NCBI GenBank assembly: GCA_035084275.1
Contig: CM068756.1
Span: forward strand, 14,818,001 to 14,882,000
Length of the DNA: 64,000 nt
DNA from: Hydrolagus colliei
Lineage: Eukaryota
Direction of reading: 5' to 3'
This document shows, piece after piece, positions 23,330 to 35,106 of this stretch. The notes beneath the pieces are model-generated. The model did no database searches. It had not been told where the DNA came from and saw only the letters and a list, made by a program, of their open reading frames with translations. Both the position numbers and the translations under genes were made by a program. Positions within the stretch are counted from its first letter, which is position 1. The number at the start of each line of letters is the position of its first letter.

Positions 23330-23470
23330 ACTCAAATACAGAGCTGGCTGTGAACACTCAGCAGGTCAGGCACAGCGATGGAGAAAGGAAAGCGGGGGAC
23401 GTTTATGGTCCATGTCCCTTCCTCAGAACCCTTTGTGATGAATGGCCAGTGACCTGAAAAATTGACTCAC
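23330..23470 (-). repeat. Short interspersed repeat (copies also near 20880-21000, 37300-37450, 43180-43320)
   Basis: Shared motif ..CTCAGCAGGTCAGGCACAGC..GGAGAAAGG.. / ..CTCCATAGATGCTGCCTGACCTGCT..; family not assigned. Confidence 0.55.
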
Positions 23471-24052
23471 TTTCCAAGAGTTTGAAATAATATGATTGTG
23501 ATCATTTTTACAGTATTATAACGAGTATTATATATAATATGGAGTATTTGGCAAGAAAACTACATGAATATAACTCTTATTGTAGATCAAATTAAAATAT
23601 ATTCCAATAACAATCAGCTAGCAGCAATTAATTGCAGGATATTTGCAAATTTGCGGACTCCTGTAGATTGGTGGATAGAACAAACGCCTCACAAGCGAGA
23701 CAACCTCAGGTATCCCCAGGTAGAGGAAAACGTTCAGCAAGTTTCCTGAATCCACACGCCGCGGTTTACCCAGCAGTAATTGGGAACCCAGGGGCTAGTG
23801 CATTCGCGGACTGCTTTTACTGTAGTAATGATATCCTAAAAAGAATAATTATTTTTTTGAAAAACTATTAATTTGGTCGTGGAATCCACGGCTGTTGATA
23901 ACACTCTGCTGGGCGAAATTTGCTCCCACGATTTGAATACAACATGTACAGTCAAATCACTTCACACTATATTCTGTGAAGCATCTACAGACGACTCAGA
24001 GACAGACTCAGCGCTATTTCAAATCCAAGGCTTATTATTCTTATTAAATTAC

Positions 24053-24373
24053 CTGAGTTAGATTTGAAAACTGTGAATCTGGAGAACCTTGGAATGCAGA
24101 GGCTGTTGAGAGACACAGAACAGGAAAGAAAAAAAAAACCCGCGTTACACAGGCAGCTTCTCTTCCAAATACCGCAGCTCAAAACTCTGTAAAGACCTTT
24201 TGAATTCCTTTCTTCACTGGAATTAATCTAAGTTTTAACTTCATTGCCATCTTTACTCCAGGTGAGCGTTATATCTTCAGGGTAAAACGCAGCCGTTTCA
24301 CACACAAGAGTCAGAGAATTTGAAGAATTTCTTTCAGAATCTCTGCGGAATATTTTCAGCGGGGTCGGGGGGA
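24053..24373 (-). pseudogene. Relic E: C1-set pseudo-exon
   Basis: VPPTPLKIFRR..LVCETAAFYPEDITLTWSKDGNEVKT* (TAG at 24230-24228), plus a frameshift shared with relic F; splice sites intact; no V or TM. Confidence 0.88.
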
Positions 24374-25639
24374 CTGGAGGACAGAGAATGGACCAGAATC
24401 ACGTAAATTGTTATCAACCACAACAACAAACTTACATCTACAGAGCATCTCTCACGTCGGGAGGACGTCGATCAGTTGGAATCTAAAACTTTATTCTAAT
24501 TTGAATTCTACATTAACTGTTTCTTTGGAACATTATAGCAAGGAATCTACATTGTAAAGGCAGGAACGTGATTTTGTAGTTTTAAAAGTGTTGGTGTCCT
24601 TTGATCGGAACGATGTGTTTAGTTTAGGAGATATAGTCGCCTTGGACTAAAGAAGGTAGGAGTACATAATAAGATATTATATTAAGATATCTCAAGTTGC
24701 TGCACATAATGTACACGTAAAATCAGAACAAAATATCTCTATCAATAAATTGTCGTTGCCTGGACCACAGGTGGAAGATATTCTGATGAATAATAATGAT
24801 AATAATAATTATTTTCTTTGAATTTTTCACTGTGAAAAACTGCCTGAAAGAATTTCACGGGAATCAATGTAACTTGTGGCGATTTCGCATTTCTGTATAT
24901 GAGCTCGGCAGCCAGTTTCCCACACAGCAATATACCACAAATAGCCATGAAGTCTGCAATTAAATTGGACAAGGCTATTCATTAGCCGTGGAGGGCGCTA
25001 TATCAATGACACTTGTTATAACATTATCAATAAGTGTGGTGGTGAGTTGTAATGGAAACTTGCCAAGGTTTTGAGCTGTCTTGAATTGAACTCAGGTCTC
25101 TGGCTTGCAATTACAAGGATTTGTACAGTAAAATAACAGCCCCGTACCCCCTAAACCCCATGATTCTGATTATCTTTAATGTGATGGTCTGTAACAAGCT
25201 GACTTGGAGCACAGCTGTATGAATGATTTATCGATCATTTTTATTTCCTCATTTGACTTCCAGAATTGTCAGTTCAGGAAATTGAGTTTGTGTTGAAAGT
25301 GCAATTTGTGAGGACATGTGATCACTATGAGGAGCTAAACCCAATCCATCGTTAGCACATCAATGATTTAATTGTGTCTAGTAGCCTATGGCAGAATTCA
25401 AACTCACGTTGTATATGTAGGGATGCGAGGCTTGACTGATACCAATGTAGTGGATTTTTAGATAGTTCCAAGCAGCTATTGATACAAACCAATAGGCAAC
25501 CAAGTAATTAGATCCAATCAACTTGCCTGACATCTTCACGGATATCTGTGTAATTTTGTTACTCAGCTGTTGTGTATCGAGTGCATGCAGCAGCGCTCAG
25601 TGAAATGTTTTATATCATTGCCTTAATTACTGGGCTGGC

Positions 25640-26200
25640 AGGGTTTTGATGAGTGAGGACAGAGAGATATGAGGGTGACTGAAGGTACAGTCGAAGACAA
25701 GGGTCTTGTGATCTCTTTTGAAGGAGGCAAGGGAGGAAGCAAGGCACAGTAATTGTGGTATGGAGTTCAAAAGCGTACTTGAGGCAGAGAAGCTTAAAGC
25801 CTGGCCTCTGATGGGTGGTCGGGTCAGTCAGGAGAGGCACGGAGCAGCCTATAGGCTGGTGAATGGAGGGAGCAGACAAGTTGATTTGGGTTCAGCAGGT
25901 CAGAGTGTTAGGAGAGCTCAGCGGGTTCCAGCCTGCTCCATGTCCCTGACCTACCTACACCCCCATACATGAGCTAGCGTTCAGCCACTCTGCCCCTAAT
26001 CTCTTGTATTCCATTCTACAGTGTCTCCATCTCAACCCTCCGTAGCCTCCTTCAAGTCCTGCCTCAAGACACCCATGACCACGGTCCGGTCGGCCATCCC
26101 AAATGCCCTACTTGCCCTCCACGCTCCCTGACCCCAGCTTGGGTCTGAAACATTTACTATCCAGTGCCTTGAGACGTCCTCCCGAGGTGAAACACACTAT
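25640..26200. mobile_element. Cluster of L2 3' fragments in both orientations
   Basis: Minus-strand L2 3' sequence at ~25640-25900 and a plus-strand tail GCCTTGAGACGTCC..GTGAAAC..TATATAAATG at ~26160-26220. Confidence 0.6.
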
Positions 26201-27354
26201 ATAAATGTAATTTTGTTATTGTTATCGAAGGGCAAGGCTTGGATGGGCTTGAAAGTGAGAACAAGGATCTTGAATTCGATACTCTGGGGAATGGGAGAGC
26301 CAGTGGAGCTGTGCGAGGGTGGGATTGATGGGGTCTCAAAGCCTGGTGAAGGAGTGGATTCAATTCCTGAATGGATCAGTGAGTTGGAGAATGGATCTGC
26401 CAGTGGTGATGATGATGCTGTCAGTGTCTGAAGTGCAGTGGTGCTGATTGGAGGTAAAGAGGAGGGCCTTCGTGTTGTTGACTTTCAAATGTAGACATGT
26501 CCTACTTTGAATCAATTCCAGAATTAATTTGCGAAGGAAGTCACATTGGAACCAGCTAAGCCAAAAGAATATCATGGATACTTACTCCTTCCAAGAACAG
26601 TTCTGGTTGACAATTAAGCATTCATCAAGCGCAGGATTTAGCTTGTGCTGGATGTACAATCGATACCACAAATGCCCTACATACCTCTTAGTGTTCAGCG
26701 CAACTAAGAATTAAAGTATTAAGTATATCCTCAACCCTCCTCTCCCTCTTAGGACCCCTTCATACAAACTCAATGATGACTGAAGCGCTCTGAGACGCCG
26801 TCCGGCGTGGAGGGCTCTATATAAATCGAAGTTGTTGTTGTTGTTGTTGTTGAAGCAATGAGTGAATCATCCTCAAGCTGTTTATTTACAGCTATTAATG
26901 CAGTCACATCACTTCAAAGTAAAACCTCTGAAGCACTTTAATGCATTTCAACAATCGGATAAGGCCCATTAGCAAATTCGTGAATAAATAGATTTGAGTT
27001 GGAAGTAAACACTATGTAGTTCAAATGTCACCTGTAGCGAGCGAGGACCAAGATGAATATGTGCAGAAGGATACATAAATAATGCAATATTGTGAACAAT
27101 GCCTACAGCTGCTTCATCACTCTTTAAAAAGCTATTTAACAAAAACTCCTGATAGATAGAAAATATCTAAATCAACTGCACTCTATTTTTAATCTGAGAC
27201 AGTGAATCACTTGCAATGGAATTATTTATTGACATTTTTAAACACAGCAGAATGATTAAGATTTTAATACTTAGTTGTTTCATGGTTTTTTTTAGCAGTT
27301 CGATAGCATTTGAACAGTTCAATACCCGTACCAGAATTTTTCTCTGTGTTGTAT

Positions 27355-28565
27355 GAAGTCCGGTCCTATGTCTCCCACTGCCTTCACTTCGTCTCTTCCA
27401 ATGGCTTCTCCTCCAACCCCTGCACAGTCACATGCGGGATTCCCCAGGGATCTGTCCTTGGCCTCCTGCTTTTCACTCTCTACACTCTCCTATGGGTGAC
27501 ATCATCTGTAGACATGGGGTAAATTTCAACATGTACGCAAATGATGCGCAACTCTACCTATCCATGTCAACTCTCAATTCCAGGACCACTGGCATTCTCA
27601 CTGCATGTCTGTCCAACGAGCCCTGGACGAGGGAAAATTTCCTACAACTCAAGATCAACAAGATGGAAGTCCTCCTGATTGGCTCATGTCAAACGCCTCC
27701 GTACCTTAGGCACTGACAACATCAGAGTTCAAGGCTGCTCTCTCCACCTCTCAAAGCCAATCAGGAATATGGGCATCTTGTTCGACCCTGAGCTATACTT
27801 CCTTCCCCACATCCGCTCCATGATTGGCACAGCCTTCCATTATCTCTGCAATATGGCTAGACTCTGCCACTACCTCACCCCCGACGCCACCGATACACTC
27901 ATTCACACCTTTATCACTTCCAGGCTTGACTATGGGAATTGTCTCCTCATTGGCCTCCCCAACTCCTCACTTCAGAGGCTGCAGATCATTCAAAACTCTG
28001 CAGCTCATGTACTCTCCCATACTAGGCTTCCCACCCTCACCCATTTCCACTGACTCCCCATCACCCAGAGAATCGAATTCAAGATCCTTGTCCTCACTTT
28101 CTAGGCCATTCAAGGCCTTGCCCCCGCCTATTTCCCTGACTTGCTGTCTCCCTATCTGCCTGCCCATACCCTCCATTCAGCAGGCTCTGGCCTGCTCCGT
28201 GTCCTCCGCCCTAACCGCCCAACCATCGGCGGCCAGGCTTTCAGCCTCTCTCCTCCCACAATGTGGAACTCCATCCCGCAGCCCCTCCGCCTCACTTCCT
28301 CCCTTTCCTCCTTCAAGGCCGGTCTCAAAACCTTCCTCTTAGACCACACCTTCGGCTGCCCCACTAACTCTTCAACCTTCCTTCTATCCCACTCCCCCTC
28401 CCCACCCCACCTCCCCTTCCCCACTCCCCCTCCCCCCCCCCCACCTCCCCCAAACCCCCACCCCCATCCCCACCCCGCTCAGGTCCCGACCTGACTGTTC
28501 AGCACTTTTGGACGTCCTCCCGTTGTGAAAGGCGCTATATAAGTGCAATTTTGTCGTTGTTGTTA
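27355..28565 (+). mobile_element. L2 LINE 3' part with tail
   Basis: CGIPQGSVLG, YANDAQLY, ENFLQLKINK, TFITSRLDYGN, IIQNSAAH, and the GTGAAAGGCGCTATATAAGTGC(TTG)n tail. Confidence 0.9.
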
Positions 28566-29434
28566 TGTTGCGCATTATTGTTTTGATTCTATCTTAAGAT
28601 AGTGCATACCAACTGATTTTTCACGAATGTTGCAGAGCCAGAGTCACGAGTGGAGATGGATTCATGCAATTTTTGTATTTCTTTGAAAGGCTGATTGAAT
28701 ATGTTCCACAAAATTGAAGTTGGTAACTCTTAAATCTAGGTTTCAATTTCGTAACATATAAAGGGCATTTCAACTCCCTTTGTGAGGCATGCGACTAACT
28801 AGTTACCTTTCAAAATCTTATTCAATTAACCCAACTAAAGCTTTTCCGCAAACAAGTATGGTTATACAGATATAATCAGCAATATTCTCCAAGAATTTTC
28901 CCAAAGACTTTTAATGTAACAAAGTAATAAATGCAGTTATGTTTGAAACTGGTACAAAGAGCATTGCATCACTAGACTGATGTGGCACATCTTTCGGTAA
29001 ATTGAAAAACTACATTGAATATACACCAATATCAGTTACTATGCCGTTTGCTTTATTTGGATCTTGGTTCCATGGAGATAGCTGCTACGCCTCCTCAGTG
29101 GTTTCCCCCATGGATCTCTGCACACTCTGTATTCTTAACAGTACTTTTAGGTTTTCATGTTTTATTGGAGGAATCTAAATCCAGAACAGTATATGTCAGA
29201 TTGTTCCCAGCTGTTCTTTGATTGGTCTGAAAAGGCAATGTTTGACAATTTGATTATATTAATTCGGTTTCCTCAGAAATTCGTACAATGCATTTCAAAA
29301 ACTCTCCTCAAATATTTGCCGAGTATTATTTGAAGCATGACTTGCTCCATAGCTCATTTGATAAAGGCACTGCTCCTCACAGAACTCAGCTAAACAGAAC
29401 CCATTAGACACAATTCCATTCTATATTGGATTAG

Positions 29435-32400
29435 TTACACATCAACAGCTAATATGGGCTGGAAAAGTAAACCAAAAATCAACCAGGTAGCAGATGTTCC
29501 AATGATTTGGAATGATTTTTGTTTTGCTAATTGCCGCAGTCATTTGGTCACCCAGGTCAGAGACAGAGAGAGGAAAGATCAGAGGAGAAAGAAAGATTAA
29601 GAACAGAAATATACAAACTAGTTGACAATAAACAATGAAGTGTGATACACTATATATAATGTAGCAAGTAATATTCAGATGTATACCTGGGAGTATATTA
29701 CTTGATTGTCTTGTTTTTTAGGTCTTGGAGTTGTTTTGCAATGATTCAAATCCATTTGGGCATAAGTCATCGACTCAGTCCCTGCTCCCTGTAGCGTCTG
29801 TAAAATAGAATGCGATTCAGTATTGCCATCACTAGTCTGCAGATTCCTGGATAGGTATTGATCAAAATGCTCCCAAAAATACATAGTTCCACCAAAGTTT
29901 CAGCATATGTTTAGCATATAGATTCCAAATCTTTTAGCAGTGAAAATTAAACGTGTGGCAATTATTCATTGATCTACAGAAATATGAAGTGTACATTTCT
30001 CTCTACGGTTGATATCAAAATGCCTCATAGATTGACACAGATAATAAGTAGTCTTACATAAAAATACTATTTGGGCTTTATAGTGGCAGATTGTCATCAA
30101 CATATCATAGCCCAGGACAGTGCCAGAGAGTGAAGATTAGAGGACCAAGAAAGGTTAACCACAAAAATGTACAAATACCCTTACAGAAAAAATTTAATTG
30201 AGTCCCAATTATTACTGAAGTGATATAATTCATTTGGATACAAATTCTGTTCTAAATTTGCGTTGCGTCCAGCGCATTGGGATGTCCTCCCGCCGTGAAA
30301 GGCGCTATATAAGTGCAATTTTGTTGTTGTTGTTGATGCTCAAATATACCTGGGCATAAACAGTCCCCTCCTCTTGCCTTTTAGGTTTCAAAGTTTTCTT
30401 GGAACTGGTTAAATTCAATGTGACATAAGTCACCCCCTCATTCTTTGCTCCGTGCTTTCCCTGTAAAATAGAATGTGATCACATGAAAAATAATAATATG
30501 TTGCATTCATAAATAATAATAATAATCCTTGCATTTGAAATAGCGTTTCTCACATGTTCTAGACATCTCAAAGCGCTTCACAGAATATACTGTAAAGTGA
30601 AGTTGCATTTGTGGGTGAAACGTGGCAGCCAATTGCGCACAACAGTGTCACACAAACAGACGTGGATTTCAATTGCTATGAATAGGGAAGGATTATTAAG
30701 AAGCATGTGGAGTAAGGAAACTTTCCCAAGCTTTCAGCCTGATCTGCCTGGATTTGAACACAGGTCGCATGCTTGTAAGGTGAGTGTTCTAACCACTGAG
30801 CTACAGGAGCTCCAAATAAAGTGCCTCTCAAGCCTGAATCATGTTCTGAGGCACTGATAAATTGTTGTTTCTATAACTCTGTAAATTGTTGAGTAAGTAT
30901 CAATTAGAAAGCCCTCGATAGTAAATACTTTCACTAAAGCCGATCATTTTTAATGTATAGCTTCCAAATATATTACAAGCAGTGTTACATTTCTAATGAA
31001 TATTGTGTCACCAATTGCATGAAACTGTGTGGTTCATTATGCAACAATAATTCGAGGCCACACAGATAGACAGGGGGAAGATAATGTTGTTATTTCTTAA
31101 TGATGAACCATATCTGTGCAACCCAATAATTCTGTTTCCAGCTGAAATATCCACTGAAATCAATATAAGAAATGTACCTGTTCTTCGCATTGGCCTGATA
31201 TGGTCTGGTTTCCTCGTGAGCCTTGGAAAGAAATTCAAAAAATATTCATTTACATTCTACGTAAATAATAACAAATATATTTTGGTTACACCAATATTAT
31301 GTCGAGCATTGGTTAACCTACTTGGAAAAGATGCCAAGGAATGAATGTGGTGCAGAATAGGTTTACCAGGATGATACCAGGGGATGATGATATGCCCTAT
31401 GAGCAGACACTTTCACCTTGTACGATACGTACAAAATGGGAAATGCGGATGTAATGAGGTTTACTTTTCTCTTTTCCTCAACCATCGCCCCCAACTGGGT
31501 ATTTCATATCCTAACTAGAGGGTAGTTCCGGTATTGAATACCTCCGTTGAATGTGATGCTTCGAGCAAAATACACATTCACTTTCAAGAGAGTATTGCAA
31601 GAAATAATCTAATACGTTTCAACTACAAGAGTAATTGGGAAAGATAGGTAAATTGGGACTGACTCCAGTGCTCTAAAAAAGCAAGCACAGATGCAATGGA
31701 TGGGATGGGTTTCTTGTGTGCTGTAAATTTGTATGGTTATACGCAGCTCTACGTGTACCTTGTCTTCAGTTTCAGCGGTCTTAGACCCTCCAGACTCAAT
31801 TCCATCATGAGCTGGGGTATCCATCTATGAAGTGCCAATCATTTGGGGTCTTCCACAAGAATTGAACAACGATATATAAATGTGTATTTGTATTGTATGG
31901 TTACAGGTTTCCCTATTTCCCTATGTTAAATATCTCCCTTTTTAAAAATGTCCTTATTGAAAATAGAATGTGAACTTCTTTGTCACATTTCCTATAATTA
32001 TTTTGAAATTGTTACGCAATTTACTGTTAAGAAATCCTGTTTATCCATATTGCAAACAGAATCCTAAATCTGAGTTCTACAATCAAATTTCTGCCGATTG
32101 ATCCTTGATACTTTTCTCAAATTATATACACACACTCTGGATTTTGATTTATCGGGCTCAATTTCTAAATTTGCTTATGAGACAAATGTGCAACAGTGAG
32201 GACAATTGTAATTTCATTGAAAACTAGCACATTGCACAGAGACATAGCGATGGCAGGTGAAACTGGGCATTTGTGGATGTGTAACCATGCTGAGCGGAGT
32301 GTGGCCCAGGCAGAATCTGCATTTTATAAAATAATACATTGTCTAAAACTGTTTAATTATCACGGTAAGTGGAAGGAAATAGGTGAATGCAAGGTGAATT

Positions 32401-35106
32401 CTTTAAGGAGGAAACGGAGACATGGCCTTCTATGCTGTGAATTGCTGAAGCTCAATCACAGCACGTTTGATACATTCGTTGCATCGCAACTTCCAATGAA
32501 ACGTGCAGCTGAATAAATACAGGGTGAGTTTCTGTAAGGACATTTCCATGTGGCAATCAATCGCTTCACATTATTTCTTTGCGTAGCTTTACAGGATGAC
32601 GGTATCTCTCTCATTGTCACCTCTAGTCTATGAAATGAATCATTCTATTAAATTAAAAATTTACAAATCACGTCAATCAAATAGCAAGATCATAGAATCT
32701 TACGGCACAAAAGGAGGCCATTCGGTCCATCGAGTCTGTGCCGGCTCTTTAAAAAGAGCAATTCAATCCCACTCCCCGGCTCTCTCCCCACAACTGTGCA
32801 AACCCGTCCTCTCCAAATAAAAATATATCTTACCTTTAATTTTGTGTAATTGGCACTGTTTGCCAATAATGATTAAAAGCAGCAAGAGTACCAGACCTCC
32901 AACTACACATCCAGCGATCAGTCCATAGTGAGGCTGAGGGCCATTCTCTACAGGAACAGCATGAACTGAATATGTTAGTGTCTCCAACAATCAATTACAC
33001 TTTCTTTACCTGCATCACATCAGAAATGTTTAAGCAGAATTTTTTTAAAAGGACACAATTGAACAGAGTAAGAGGGGAAAGAGTAAATTTAAAGAAAGTC
33101 AAACTAAGATGAATGTTATCGGCAACTCCTACACCCTCCCTCCCTCCCTCCCCTCCCCGCCTCGCCTGTCCTCAGTTCGGGTCTGAAGCACTGAAAATCC
33201 AGCGCCTTGGGATGTCCTCCTGACGTGAAAAGCGCTACACAAGTGTAATTTTGCTGTTATTGCTGTTGTACAAACATTTCAATCCAGTATTCGGGTAGAA
33301 AATTACATGACTATAGAATTATATCATTACAATTTTCTGTGCAAACAAACGTAAATGTATTTTAGTAAAATGTTAGTTTTTAACCACAACAATTGTAGTT
33401 CGAAAATCACACCGGTTGGAATAAAAAACGGGAATTTAATAAATTTAACTACCATTTCGTGTAATGAGGTGTTTAAGAGACAATGAATGGCAGCAAGACA
33501 TGTTAGGCATCCTACCATCCAATCCTGTGTTGGGATTAGAAACGGTGTAACTGGCAACCAATGGATTCGGGTGGCAGACATGAGATGCCAGACAGGTATA
33601 AACAACCCCGCTCTCTGGAGGCTGAGTCTCTTCCACAGAACTGGAGACTTCGTAAAGTCCATTTGAATTCTTTTCTTTCGTGACATTGATCCCAGTTCTA
33701 ACTTCATTCCCATTTTCAAACCACGTGAGCGTTATATCCCCCGGGAAAAACGCAGCCGTTTTACACACAAGAGTCTGAGGCTTTGATGAATCACTTTCAG
33801 AATCTCTGGGGATTATCTTCAGCTGGGTCGGGGACACTGTAGGGCAGAGAATGGAGCAGAATCGTGTCACTTGTGATCAGTTGGAATATAAAACTTTATT
33901 CTAATTTGAATTGTATAATAACGATTTCCTTGGAAAATTATAACAACGAATCTGGTTTGTAATGGAAAGAATATGATTTTTGCGGATTTAAGAATGTTAA
34001 ACGGAGTGTTGCAGTTTTAAGGCTGGCTTTGTTTGCAATGATGTGCGCAGTTTAGGAGATTTAGTCGCCTGTTTGGTGGTGTGGGTGGGTGGGGGGGGGG
34101 GTAGAAGGTACACAACAGAGTACACAATCTTAACATTGAGGCTTTCAGAAATGACGCGGAAACCTATCGTTTCATGGAATAATTCGGTTGTGAAATTCAC
34201 ACGAGGTCGGAGATGCAGAATTAAGTGGAATACTTGAAATGGAAACCGATCATAGCTGTAAAGAGTTTGGGGAGAGGTGAAGAAATTGGAGTAAAAGCTC
34301 TGCCACCTTTCTGCAGCAGAAAAACCTTTAGTTTGGGAGCATTAAGTTCCCGAATTCATTCCCGAAATCCATCCTCCTCCTCTTCCGTCTCTACAGTCAA
34401 TCCCATCTGAACACACACCTCTCTGAGTGTCTTTTCGGCCACTCTCCCATCCCAGCTGGATTATAGCTCCGGCTGCCATGCATTCTTTGCCATGCGCTTT
34501 AAGATGCTCTCCCAACAGTGAGTTATATTAATGTAAATTTAAGTAAATATACAGTGAAGATCTCAGCCAAATCATGTCACTTACCACATACAGTTAATTG
34601 CGACCCAGTTCCATTAACCGCTCTATTACCCGGAATGACCAGGCTACAGTAATACATCCCAGAGACCTGGATGTCTGCGGCCAGGAGATTGAAGAAGGCG
34701 TTTCTTGAACCATTGAAACCAAATTCTTTCGTTTGATCCTCTCTGAGGAATCCATTCTCTCCCATCTTCCACCAGTGAACTCTCACACTCCTGGTGACAG
34801 GGAAGCCACAGGAGAACGTCGCCTTCTCACCTCTGTTGACAATGATATGATCCGGTTGTTGTTTCACTGTGAACACTGTACAGTCAGCCGCTGTCAGAAA
34901 TAAATTCAAACATTGTTTTAAAACAAAATACAACGAAGTACACACAGAGCAAGTTAGAGATGCTCTTGGCTTATTCATGGATGTAAATAAAATGGGAACT
35001 TGATCCTTGTTCTGTTTCCGAAAACTGATATATTGAATAATCACGAACCTTTAGAAATGATCCACACTGTGAGAGACAGACACTGAAACACAACACTCGC
35101 CAACAT
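29435..35106 (-). CDS. Receptor gene B: VJ-C1-TM receptor with ITIM-type tail; apparently intact
   Basis: L 35106-35049, V 34890-34585, C1 33836-33516, TM 32947-32834, linker 31221-31178, X 30460-30350 (VTYVTL; TVYAQ), Y 29797-29687 (MTYAQM; VIYSQ), candidate last exon 29458-29435 (PILAVDV*). No stops, and all phases match. Confidence 0.85.
30510..30815 (-). mobile_element. tRNA-derived SINE, at the same intron position as the gene A copy (15985-16300)
   Basis: Same body and same flanks upstream of exon X, so the insertion predates the A/B duplication. Confidence 0.8.
32834..32947 (-). CDS. Gene B transmembrane exon (ENGPQPHYGLIAGCVVGGLVLLLLLIIIGKQCQLHKIK)
   Basis: ttcctgtag| acceptor, G|gtaag donor, hydrophobic stretch. 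Confidence 0.87.
33516..33836 (-). CDS. Gene B Ig C1-set exon
   Basis: LVCKTAAFFPGDITLTWFENG...YTCLASH; 321 nt. Confidence 0.92.
34585..34890 (-). CDS. Gene B Ig V-set exon with J-like end (NGTGSQLTV)
   Basis: 306 nt, open, seven amino-acid differences from gene A V. Confidence 0.92.
35049..35106 (-). CDS. Gene B leader exon
   Basis: Same peptide as the A leader; ETS site at 35199-35206. Confidence 0.8.
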
